A stretch of 64,000 nucleotides of DNA from an uncultured SAR86 cluster bacterium (GCA_964276145.1 CAXYDN010000007.1:74411-138410), one strand, 5' to 3'. Counted from the stretch's first letter, positions 46,040 through 54,017 are shown. The notes: generated by a model not told the origin, from the letters alone. Numbers and translations are program-made.

Positions 46040-48583
46040 TTAATAATTAACTGTAAAGCTAATACCAGCTGTTCTTGGTGGTCCGCTAAACCATGATATG
46101 GTTCCAAGGGTTGTTGTTATATCACCAAAAGAACCATATCTGTATTCTTCATCAGTGAGGTTATCAATGAAGAAGCTTACCTGCGCTTTCTCGCTTATCA
46201 TTAAGTTTATATTTAAATTAGCAAGTGTGTATTCAGGATTTGTAATTTGATTAGGTCCACCATTGGCAGCACAACCTTCATATAATGGTATAGGACCACA
46301 ATTCAAAGGGTTCTCTGACATAATGTCATCGCCGACTGTATTAGTCCTTAATACTGTAACTGCAGGTATTTTTCCAATCATACCCTTATGTGTAAGAGAT
46401 ATATTACTAGAATCATTTTGGCCGCTGACATTATATTCTAGATCCGATGCAGGATTATCACCCTCAACATGGCCAACTGAAACGGCTAAAACTAATGATT
46501 CAGTCAAGTCATATGAAATATCAAATTCATATCCTGACATCTCTACGGTAGGTTGTATGGTATTTATAACAGTTGATTGTCCATTTGCATCAATAGCTGA
46601 TGAGGCTACTGATTTATTAGAAAAATCTTGATCGAATACAGCAGCACTCAATCTTAGCCTTCCATCCATAAATGAAGATTTGGTACCAAATTCAACTACT
46701 TCGGTTGTTTCAGCTTCAAGAGTTATTGCACCAACTCCTAAAACTGAATTATTAGTATTTCCTGGCATATAGCCCTCACTATATGAGGCATAAATCATAT
46801 TCCCATTATCAAATGTATAGTCAGCAATAAATCTCATTGAGTCATTTTCATAGGTTCTATCGATTGAACAGTATCCTGTTCCTCCGGTAAGAGGATTTGA
46901 GAATGAGCCATAGATAGGATCACATTTTGATGCATGATATCTTGCTCCAGGAGCTGGGGCAAAAGAAATTTCCCAAGCATCCTTTCCAGCATCCATATAT
47001 GGAGCTGTTAGATTTGCAAGTCCTAGTAATGCAGGATTTATACTTGTTAAAGCAAATGCATGATAAACAGGATTTAAATTCATTCCGCCTTCAGGATAAA
47101 CAGCTCTGATATCAATACCTTTAATGTCTTCAGAAGATCTATAACCTAAAGTAAGGTTAACACTATCAGTTAAAGAATATACAACTTCTCCATATACAGC
47201 TTCAGATATCGCACTTGAATGAACATATTCAACACCACTTGAGTTTTGAAATAGAGCTACCTTTGCAATATCCATTATATTTATAGGAAGTCCAACCAGC
47301 GGGGCTGGTGCCTGGCCTGGGCCAATTAGTTGCGATGAAGCCTCAAAACCAGCTGCACGAATAGTTGGGCTGACCATATTCCCATCAACATCAGATTCAA
47401 AGTAACCAAAAGCATATTGGAGTTTACCTTCCATAGTCAGTCCATTAAATCTAATCTCTGTAGTTGAGCCGTCTGTATCCTGAACTCTTGGACCTACAAG
47501 AGTTATATCAGGAAAGTCATATCTACTAGCTCCAGTTACCCAACCTGTTTCCTGATCATCATGTTTTGCAGTTGCATGGATAAATGTAAGAGTGCTATCA
47601 GATCCAAGATCATAAGTAAGTTTTAAAAGAGTCTTATCTAAATCTAAATACGAATCACCAAAAGTGGAATCATGATATGAATCATAATGACCAGTAGCAT
47701 TACAATCCTCAACACCCCTAGTCTTCATATCATTTGGTACAGAGTTTAATGCCGGTCCACCAGCTAACATTGGGGAAGTTGTATAAACTTCACAGTTAGC
47801 ATAAACAGGCGTTCCAGATGAATCAAACATAGAATATGTATATAGGAGATTTAGATCCTCAGTAATATCTACTGAGAGCATTGCTCTGAATGTCTCATTA
47901 TCAATAATGCCACCATCTTCACCAAAACCATCAAGGTTGTTTATATAGCCGTCTTGTTTTTTTGTAATTCCAACAACTCTTAAGGCTGCATTTGAAGAAA
48001 GAGGTATATTAACCATCGCTGAAACAGAGTTAAGATTTCTTTGCCCCATTGAGACTTTAACAGAACTATCAAATCCTCCAATGACTGGTAAATTATTATT
48101 AACTAAAACTGCACCAGAGGAAGTATTTTTTCCAAAAAGCGTTCCTTGTGGGCCTTTTAAAACTTGAAGATTATTTACATCAAAAAGATCAAACAGCGAT
48201 CCTTGTGGTCTAATCATATATGCATCATCGACATATATAGCAATTTTGTTATCCCATTGAGTTGCACCTCGTCCTGAGCCCATTCCTCTAACACTTACAT
48301 TAGCAACACTTTGATTATTTGAAGATTTTTGAAAATTAATATTAGAAACAATGCTTGGAAGGTTTTCCATATTGGTTATACCTTTCTCTTCTAGGTCTAA
48401 TCCAGTAAAAGCACTAATTGCTATTGGAACATCAGTTACAGATTCTTCCGTTCTTCTTGCTGTAGTAATCACTTCTTCTATTGCATCAACTGATTCGGAT
48501 GATGAATCTTGTGCTTGAATTGTAAATGCCGATAGTGAAAGAACTACAAAAAATAGTCTATTAAGTTTAAATTTGAACATCAT
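46040..48583 (-). CDS. TonB-dependent outer-membrane receptor
   Basis: Signal peptide (MMFKFKLNRLFFVVLSLSAFTIQA); plug-domain motifs (V.VLKGPQGTLFGKNT.SG); long beta-barrel ending in an aromatic residue (..FTVNY). The SD GGGGGA supports the start at 48583. Confidence 0.85.
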   Translation of the reverse strand: MMFKFKLNRLFFVVLSLSAFTIQAQDSSSESVDAIEEVITTARRTEESVTDVPIAISAFTGLDLEEKGITNMENLPSIVSNINFQKSSNNQSVANVSVRGMGSGRGATQWDNKIAIYVDDAYMIRPQGSLFDLFDVNNLQVLKGPQGTLFGKNTSSGAVLVNNNLPVIGGFDSSVKVSMGQRNLNSVSAMVNIPLSSNAALRVVGITKKQDGYINNLDGFGEDGGIIDNETFRAMLSVDITEDLNLLYTYSMFDSSGTPVYANCEVYTTSPMLAGGPALNSVPNDMKTRGVEDCNATGHYDSYHDSTFGDSYLDLDKTLLKLTYDLGSDSTLTFIHATAKHDDQETGWVTGASRYDFPDITLVGPRVQDTDGSTTEIRFNGLTMEGKLQYAFGYFESDVDGNMVSPTIRAAGFEASSQLIGPGQAPAPLVGLPINIMDIAKVALFQNSSGVEYVHSSAISEAVYGEVVYSLTDSVNLTLGYRSSEDIKGIDIRAVYPEGGMNLNPVYHAFALTSINPALLGLANLTAPYMDAGKDAWEISFAPAPGARYHASKCDPIYGSFSNPLTGGTGYCSIDRTYENDSMRFIADYTFDNGNMIYASYSEGYMPGNTNNSVLGVGAITLEAETTEVVEFGTKSSFMDGRLRLSAAVFDQDFSNKSVASSAIDANGQSTVINTIQPTVEMSGYEFDISYDLTESLVLAVSVGHVEGDNPASDLEYNVSGQNDSSNISLTHKGMIGKIPAVTVLRTNTVGDDIMSENPLNCGPIPLYEGCAANGGPNQITNPEYTLANLNINLMISEKAQVSFFIDNLTDEEYRYGSFGDITTTLGTISWFSGPPRTAGISFTVNY

Positions 48584-48716
48584 TAAATTCCCCCAAATGA
48601 ATAACACTATAAACTTATCACTTATCAGTCTTTTAATAGGGATATAAACATTCATATATAGGGATTTTTAAGTTCAATATTTATTAGAAATATATATATA
48701 TAAATATATATAGTTT

Positions 48717-49103
48717 TTAATTGATAGGTTCTATTGGACCATTGAATGAAGCCCATTCTGCAAAACCACCAAGGTTTAGAACTTTTTTATAACCATTTTT
48801 AATTAGCTTATGTCCAACAAGGGCTGATCTTACCCCTACTGCACAATAAACTAAAATAGTTATATCTTCATTGTCATTCAGATGATTCTTAATTAGAGAA
48901 TGATCAAAATTAGCATCAATGATGCTTTTGGGTATATTGACTGCATTTTTAATTAATCCTGTTGCTTCTATTTCACAAGTCTCTCGAACATCTATTATTA
49001 AAGTATTTGTAGTGGTGATAAGATTATTTGCTTCTTCAAAAGATAGTCTTGGAACGCAGTCATTGGCCTCTTGAAGCAACTTAGTCATCTCTATTTCATT
49101 CAT
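48717..49103 (-). CDS. single-domain rhodanese (sulfurtransferase)
   Basis: 128 aa; IDVRE..E, the active-site loop YCAVGVRS (Cys-X5-Arg type), and GG...W. Confidence 0.8.
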   Translation of the reverse strand: MNEIEMTKLLQEANDCVPRLSFEEANNLITTTNTLIIDVRETCEIEATGLIKNAVNIPKSIIDANFDHSLIKNHLNDNEDITILVYCAVGVRSALVGHKLIKNGYKKVLNLGGFAEWASFNGPIEPIN

Positions 49104-49105
49104 AT

Positions 49106-49987
49106 CTATGCTTTGGTGTTTACAGAATTAACATAACCTTTTTTATTTGAATTAGAAAGATAAATACCTAATAAAACAACGAAGCAACCAATAACAATTG
49201 TTGATGTAATAATCTCACCTAAAAATATCGCACCCCAAATAATTCCAAAAACAGGAAGAAAATATGCAACTGTTGAAGTTCTAACTGCGCCAATCTTATC
49301 TATCAATCTCACATAACCAATGAAACCAATTCCTGTAGATACTGCTCCTAACCAAATTGCTGAAGTTATTGCTTGGATAGAGGGCATAACTTCTGGCAGA
49401 TAGAAAACACTTACAGGCAGCATGAGAATAGCGCTAAATATAATAGACCATCCTATCAAAACCATTTTATTTGTTTTAACAGAATTTCTTTGTATATAAA
49501 CAGTTGAAAAAGAATAGAAAAAAGCAGCAAGCAAAGCTGAAAGACTAGATATTAATGATGTTTCTGAATTTTGAGGATTAACTAGAATAAATACTCCTAT
49601 AAAACCAATTAATAGACCGCATAACTGCTTTAAAGTGACATCTTCTCCTATCCATATATATGCAATCATCATTGTATTAAAAGCTGTGGTTGCATTTAAT
49701 ATAGCCAGAACATTTGAATCAGCTCCATAACTAGCAAATGAAAATAGTGTAAACGGGATAGCATTATTCATTACGGCAAGTACCAAAACCTGTTTCCATA
49801 TTGGTTTTAACAAATGAATATATTTATTTCTTAATAGAATTGGTAAAAAGATACATGAGGCAATTATTAATCTGGTATTAACTAGAGCAATTGGACCAAA
49901 TTCTGGAGTTGCAACTTTTATAAACATAAAGGCACTGCCCCAAAGGGCACCTAAAAAAGTTAATAAAATCCAGTATCTAATTTCCAT
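49106..49987 (-). CDS. EamA/DMT-superfamily transporter (10 TM)
   Basis: 293-aa polytopic protein with the duplicated EamA-domain architecture. It lies 2 nt upstream of the rhodanese gene. Confidence 0.8.
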   Translation of the reverse strand: MEIRYWILLTFLGALWGSAFMFIKVATPEFGPIALVNTRLIIASCIFLPILLRNKYIHLLKPIWKQVLVLAVMNNAIPFTLFSFASYGADSNVLAILNATTAFNTMMIAYIWIGEDVTLKQLCGLLIGFIGVFILVNPQNSETSLISSLSALLAAFFYSFSTVYIQRNSVKTNKMVLIGWSIIFSAILMLPVSVFYLPEVMPSIQAITSAIWLGAVSTGIGFIGYVRLIDKIGAVRTSTVAYFLPVFGIIWGAIFLGEIITSTIVIGCFVVLLGIYLSNSNKKGYVNSVNTKA

Positions 49988-49998
49988 ATTAATAAGAT

Positions 49999-50028
49999 AA
50001 AAAAACCCCCAAGTAAACTTGGGGGTTT
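49999..50028 (-). terminator. strong rho-independent terminator (or attenuator) about 10 nt upstream of the eamA start
   Basis: The minus strand reads AAACCCCCAAG-TTTA-CTTGGGGGTTT followed by further T residues (TTTTTTTATC in total after the G-run). Confidence 0.75.
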
Positions 50029-50271
50029 AAGAAATCTAGTTTAATTGCAGTAGCAACTCTGAACTAGTCGAAAACTTAAAACTTACCTCTTGTCAAAAGG
50101 TAGATCCTCCGTTTCCTGTTATTAAATAAATACTAATAGGATCACCTCCATTGTTCAGGGTAATAATAAAATGAATGCCAGTCCCCTTAAAAAACTTGCA
50201 AACAAGACATCTTCATAAATTATATACACTCTATAAATGAAATAAAGTATTTTTTTGGGATAAAAAAATAA
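50029..50271 (-). ncRNA. structured non-coding segment: 3' UTR of the SOS-controlled ORF, a leader of eamA, or an sRNA (undetermined)
   Basis: No ORF longer than 15 aa on either strand. There is an imperfect ~10-bp long-range hairpin GGAGGTGATCC (rc of 50139-50149) / GGATCTACCTT (rc of 50097-50107). A second hairpin is CTAGTT..AACTAG (50044-50075). The terminator follows. Confidence 0.35.
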
Positions 50272-50481
50272 TTAAAAACTAAATTCTAATTGAGCCTTTG
50301 GTTCTATAAAATTTATGGATTTCGAGTTAAATGTATACTTATTAATATAAGTGTTTAATGCATCTATATCGTTATTGAAGTATTCAAAGGCAAGAGTTTT
50401 TTTAATTGAGGGTTTGTCATGCGATGATATAAATCTCTCTATCACAGGATCAAATTTATTTATTTTTTTTAGATTATTCAT
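50272..50481 (-). CDS. orphan 69-aa protein under a LexA-box promoter
   Basis: ORF with near-leaderless geometry relative to a TTTACA-18-TATAAT promoter. I recognise no family, and the coding status is unproven. Confidence 0.45.
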   Translation of the reverse strand: MNNLKKINKFDPVIERFISSHDKPSIKKTLAFEYFNNDIDALNTYINKYTFNSKSINFIEPKAQLEFSF

Positions 50482-50490
50482 AATGAAGTA

Positions 50491-50520
50491 ATTATACTGT
50501 ATGTATATACAGTATGTAAA
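50491..50520 (-). promoter_or_regulatory. sigma70-type promoter: -35 TTTACA (50520-50515), 18-bp spacer, -10 TATAAT (50496-50491)
   Basis: Read on the minus strand. The -10 ends 9 nt before the ATG at 50481, which implies a very short leader or none. Confidence 0.6.
50495..50514. promoter_or_regulatory. LexA (SOS) box, TACTGTATGTATATACAGTA
   Basis: Matches the gammaproteobacterial consensus TACTG(TA)5CAGTA (CTGT-N8-ACAG) at 19 of 20 positions. It fills the promoter spacer and overlaps the -10. Confidence 0.8.
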
Positions 50521-50530
50521 TACTTATGAA

Positions 50531-51106
50531 TTAATCGTCATGAACGGGATAAAACCTTCTATCTTTAAGCATATTGAACATAATCATTAACCATATTACA
50601 AATGTCATTGCACCGAATACATCTCCTATGAAAAATCTAGCTATAACAATTGCATTGATATCAACATTATTCATTAAACCCAATACAAGATTAGTGAAAA
50701 TAGCATTGAATAATGCTGATATTATTATCACTAATATAAGAAATTTATAATTAGCAAAATTAATTTTCTTCAGGATTGAATAAGAGAAACTAGAAGCTCG
50801 TGACCATTTCAAGATTTCTACAGCAACCACAACTGAGGCTAACGAAAAAATGCTAGCAAAACCCCAGTACTGAAGATATTGATCACCGTATATCAAAGTT
50901 GGGCCAGTTATTTCAGCTAAATATAATGCTGGAAGAGATCGCGTGCCAAAAAAGCAATAAAAAACAACCCTACAACCATGTGGCAAGTAGACAAGACTAC
51001 CAACCCAACCCTTATCAAGGGTTTGAAACGTTATATAAGACCATAAAGCATATACAAGCATTGCAGCAACATAAGTAGTTAGAGTTACTTGCATGAAGTA
51101 TTTCAT
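50531..51106 (-). CDS. orphan integral membrane protein (about 5-6 TM)
   Basis: 191-aa hydrophobic ORF lying 21 nt downstream of the wHTH gene. I recognise no family. Confidence 0.55.
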   Translation of the reverse strand: MKYFMQVTLTTYVAAMLVYALWSYITFQTLDKGWVGSLVYLPHGCRVVFYCFFGTRSLPALYLAEITGPTLIYGDQYLQYWGFASIFSLASVVVAVEILKWSRASSFSYSILKKINFANYKFLILVIIISALFNAIFTNLVLGLMNNVDINAIVIARFFIGDVFGAMTFVIWLMIMFNMLKDRRFYPVHDD

Positions 51107-51127
51107 AAATTTGATTTAGATAAAGTG

Positions 51128-51421
51128 CTAAACAGCAATCAAGTCTAAAAATACCTCTCTTCTATCTGCGTTAGATTGAATAAGTTTGACCATATGATCA
51201 TCTTCAAAGTTTTTAATTGCCTTGTAAACAGTGGATCTAGAAAAACCAGAAGATGCGATCACATCAGTAATATTACATTTACCACATGAATGAATTTTTG
51301 AGGCAATTGTATAATAAATTTTTTTCTCAGTTTCATTGTATGAGACAAGATTTAAATCTTTATCGATGTTATTAAGCATTTCTAATATGCTTGCTAATTG
51401 TTGTAAGTATTTTTTAGACAT
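51128..51421 (-). CDS. small winged-helix (MarR-like) DNA-binding protein, 97 aa
   Basis: The ITDVIASSGFSRSTVYKAIKNFEDDHMVKL..S..DRRE pattern resembles the recognition helix plus wing of MarR-type wHTH. It is shorter than canonical MarR. Confidence 0.5.
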   Translation of the reverse strand: MSKKYLQQLASILEMLNNIDKDLNLVSYNETEKKIYYTIASKIHSCGKCNITDVIASSGFSRSTVYKAIKNFEDDHMVKLIQSNADRREVFLDLIAV

Positions 51422-51427
51422 AAAATA

Positions 51428-51456
51428 ATTCTAGCTATGTATACTAAATCTTGCAA
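51428..51456 (-). promoter_or_regulatory. putative promoter TTGCAA-17 bp-TAGAAT for the wHTH gene; geometry predicts a leaderless mRNA
   Basis: -35 at 51456-51451 and -10 at 51433-51428. Only 6 nt separate the -10 from the ATG at 51421. The spacer contains the palindrome GTATAC. Confidence 0.45.
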
Positions 51457-51478
51457 GAGCTAAAAATAATTGAAATAT

Positions 51479-51568
51479 TGGCGGAGAGACGGGGATTCGA
51501 ACCCCGGAACCAGTTACCCAGTTACTACCTTTCCAAGGTAGCGCAATCGACCACTCTGCCATCTCTCC
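51479..51568 (-). tRNA. tRNA-Ser (anticodon GGA), long variable arm, CCA encoded
   Basis: The reverse complement folds with acceptor GGAGAGA/TCTCTCC, anticodon stem CTACC/GGTAG, loop TT-GGA-AA and T-loop TTCGAAT. Length is 90 nt. Confidence 0.9.
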
Positions 51569-51602
51569 AGATGAAGCATTTTACATGATTCTATAAATTT
51601 AA

Positions 51603-52322
51603 TTATTGATTAAATACCCTAAAGTTTTTAAAAAAGAATGTTCTCATTGATGACCTAATTGGATTAATATCAATACCTCCTCTTCTTAAAAACCTTCCAC
51701 AGACTTCTATATCAAAACCGAAATATTTTTTTTCTATGTTAAGAAATATCTCTTCAATACATTGTTCATGGAATTCTCCCTTATCTTTAAAAGATTTTAG
51801 ATACCTCTGTAGCCATTTAAGATCAATTTTTGCATTTGTATAAACATAAATCATTGCGAAATCAGGCTGAGATGTGACCGGACAGATTGATCTAAAACCA
51901 TCAAAGCGAATAGGATGATTTGGTTTGGAAAACTCTCTTGATGTTTTATTTAGATTTAATGAATTTGGTTCGCAGTAGAATTTTTTAACAAACTTAATAC
52001 TTACTGAAGACTTTGTTACTTTATTGATATCTTTTTGAATTTTTAAAAGTACATCTTTTTCGTTTGCAAAAGTTTTTTTATAGTAAGAGTTTAAATAAAG
52101 CTTTAAGGATTTTGATTCAACAATATTTATAGATGATGATGGTATCTTAATCTCCATCACTTTTAACATAGGATTTTTGTTTGAATCAAGATAACTAAAC
52201 TCATAAGCGTTCCAAAAATCAACACCGAAACTTTTTGAAATTTTGTTTCTTGGTATTGGATCAAGTATCTTAAAACCTGTTGGTTTATTAGTATTAGTTT
52301 TGCCAAGATATTTTGTTTTCAT
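51603..52322 (-). CDS. queF: NADPH-dependent 7-cyano-7-deazaguanine (preQ0) reductase, bimodular type
   Basis: QueF motif ESKSLKLYLNSY, catalytic-Cys region ICPVTSQPD, FHEQC and RRGGIDINP. Confidence 0.85.
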   Translation of the reverse strand: MKTKYLGKTNTNKPTGFKILDPIPRNKISKSFGVDFWNAYEFSYLDSNKNPMLKVMEIKIPSSSINIVESKSLKLYLNSYYKKTFANEKDVLLKIQKDINKVTKSSVSIKFVKKFYCEPNSLNLNKTSREFSKPNHPIRFDGFRSICPVTSQPDFAMIYVYTNAKIDLKWLQRYLKSFKDKGEFHEQCIEEIFLNIEKKYFGFDIEVCGRFLRRGGIDINPIRSSMRTFFFKNFRVFNQ

Positions 52323-53098
52323 TGCCTTATTCCTGTTCCTTTTTTAAGAAAATACAAACAAGCTCCAGCAAGAATACCAATAAATGCAAAAATCATTCCA
52401 AGCGAAAATGAAATAGATACGTCACTTACGCCCAACATTCCTTCTCTAAAAGTATTTACAACATAAAGCATTGGATTAAACATAGAGATTGATCTCCATA
52501 TATCAGGAAGAATATTTATAGAATAAAAAACACCACCTAGATAAATTAAAGGAGTTAAAATAAAGGTTGGGATAATAGAAATATCATCAAAACTATCAGC
52601 AAATACAGCATTTATAAACCCCATTAAAGAGAATAATATTGCAGTTAAAAGAAGAACGGTAACTGTAAGTAGTGGATTAACAACAGTGAATTCTGGATAA
52701 AAAATTAGACTTACACCAAATACTATAAAACCAATTAATACACCTCTTGCAACACCTCCTAAGACAAAACCTAATAATATTGCCCAATTTGGCATTGGAG
52801 ATATTAAAAGTTCCTCTATAGATTTTTGGAACTTTACAGAATAAAAAGATGAAACAACATTATTGTAAGAATTTGTAATAACAGAAAGCATAATCAATCC
52901 AGGTATCATATATTGAATATAATCAAAACCATCCATTGACCCAATCCTAGGTCCAATAAGTGAGCCAAAAATAACAAAATATAAAGACATGGTTACTGCA
53001 GGCGGAACAAGAGTTTGAACCCATATTCTTAAAAATCTTCTAATCTCCTTTACAGTTAAAGTCCATAAAGAGATAGACACTTTATAATTATTTTTCAT
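52319..53098 (-). CDS. ABC-2 type transporter permease (YadH-like)
   Basis: 259 aa, 6 TM, N-terminal EIRRFLRIW.QTL..P pattern typical of ABC-2 permeases. It overlaps the ATPase gene by 11 nt. Confidence 0.8.
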   Translation of the reverse strand: MKNNYKVSISLWTLTVKEIRRFLRIWVQTLVPPAVTMSLYFVIFGSLIGPRIGSMDGFDYIQYMIPGLIMLSVITNSYNNVVSSFYSVKFQKSIEELLISPMPNWAILLGFVLGGVARGVLIGFIVFGVSLIFYPEFTVVNPLLTVTVLLLTAILFSLMGFINAVFADSFDDISIIPTFILTPLIYLGGVFYSINILPDIWRSISMFNPMLYVVNTFREGMLGVSDVSISFSLGMIFAFIGILAGACLYFLKKGTGIRQ

Positions 53099-54008
53099 TA
53101 GAATTTACCATTTCTATAAATAATTCTTCTAATCTATTGGATTCGTTTCTCATAGATTTGATTTTAATATTTAATTTTGACAGTTCTGCAAAAAGTGCAT
53201 TAATTGATCTATCTTTATTAACAGCTGCCACCAATGTAAGTGGATCTTCAAGTTTAAGTGGGAAGCCTTCAACTGATGGAGCCTCGTCTAGTGGTTCTGT
53301 AAGGTCAAATACAAAACCTTGAACATTAAGCGTTCCTAGTAGATCTTTCATACCAGTATCAGCGACCATCGTTCCATGATCAATAATTCCAATGTTACGA
53401 CAGAGTTGCTCTGCTTCCTCGAGGTAATGAGTTGTTAAAATAATGGTTGTACCATTTGTATTTATTTCTTTTAAAAAAGTCCACATCTCTCTTCTTAATT
53501 CAATATCGACTCCTGCGGTTGGCTCGTCAAGAATTAATAATTTTGGATCATGCACTAATGCCTTTGCAATCATTAATCTTCTTTTATATCCACCCGATAG
53601 GGTTCTAGCCTGATCATTTCTTTTATCCCACAAGCTTAATCTTTTTAAGATATTTTCAACTTTAGGCATTGCTTCTGATTTAGGAATGCCATAAAAACCA
53701 GCTTGCGTAACAACAATGTCTAATACTTTTTCAAATTGTGAAAAATTAATTTCTTGAGAAACTACACCCAATAATGTCTTAGCTTCAGCCATATTTTTAT
53801 CAACATCTATACCAAAAATTTTTACGTTTCCAGATGATTTGGTAACAAGAGATCCTATTATTCCAATAGTTGATGACTTACCTGCACCATTAGGACCTAA
53901 CAGTGCATAAAAATCTCCCTCTTTGACTGATAAAGAAATACCTTTAAGCGCCTCAGTGCCACCAGGATAAGTTTTTTTAAGATCAGAGATCTCTAGCGCG
54001 TATGTCAT
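53088..54008 (-). CDS. ABC transporter ATP-binding protein (YadG-like)
   Basis: Walker A GPNGAGKSS, signature LSGGYKRR, Walker B LLILDEPT, and a C-terminal accessory domain. Confidence 0.85.
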   Translation of the reverse strand: MTYALEISDLKKTYPGGTEALKGISLSVKEGDFYALLGPNGAGKSSTIGIIGSLVTKSSGNVKIFGIDVDKNMAEAKTLLGVVSQEINFSQFEKVLDIVVTQAGFYGIPKSEAMPKVENILKRLSLWDKRNDQARTLSGGYKRRLMIAKALVHDPKLLILDEPTAGVDIELRREMWTFLKEINTNGTTIILTTHYLEEAEQLCRNIGIIDHGTMVADTGMKDLLGTLNVQGFVFDLTEPLDEAPSVEGFPLKLEDPLTLVAAVNKDRSINALFAELSKLNIKIKSMRNESNRLEELFIEMVNSNEK

Positions 54009-54017
54009 ATATTGAAT

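Noticed and set aside
48656-48716. AT/TA dinucleotide-rich stretch (ATATATATATATAAATATATATA) upstream of the TonB-dependent receptor; considered as a repeat array or CRISPR-like element
   Set aside because: It is only simple low-complexity sequence in a promoter region, with no repeat-spacer periodicity. No CRISPR array or cas gene is seen anywhere in the window.
50139-50149. GGATCACCTCC on the plus strand, identical to the 3' end of 16S rRNA; considered as an rRNA gene fragment
   Set aside because: Only 11 nt match and the flanking sequence has no resemblance to 16S helix 45 or to an ITS. It is better explained as one arm of a local hairpin (SD-like on the minus strand).
49988-51478. Integrated mobile element at tRNA-Ser
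   Set aside because: I could find no integrase, recombinase or excisionase gene and no direct repeat of the tRNA-Ser 3' end (TGGCGGAGAGACGGGGATTCGAACC) in the flanks. The locus is reported only as orphan or accessory-looking.
52319-52340. preQ1 riboswitch upstream of queF
   Set aside because: The queF start overlaps the preceding permease gene by 4 nt, so there is no non-coding space for a riboswitch.
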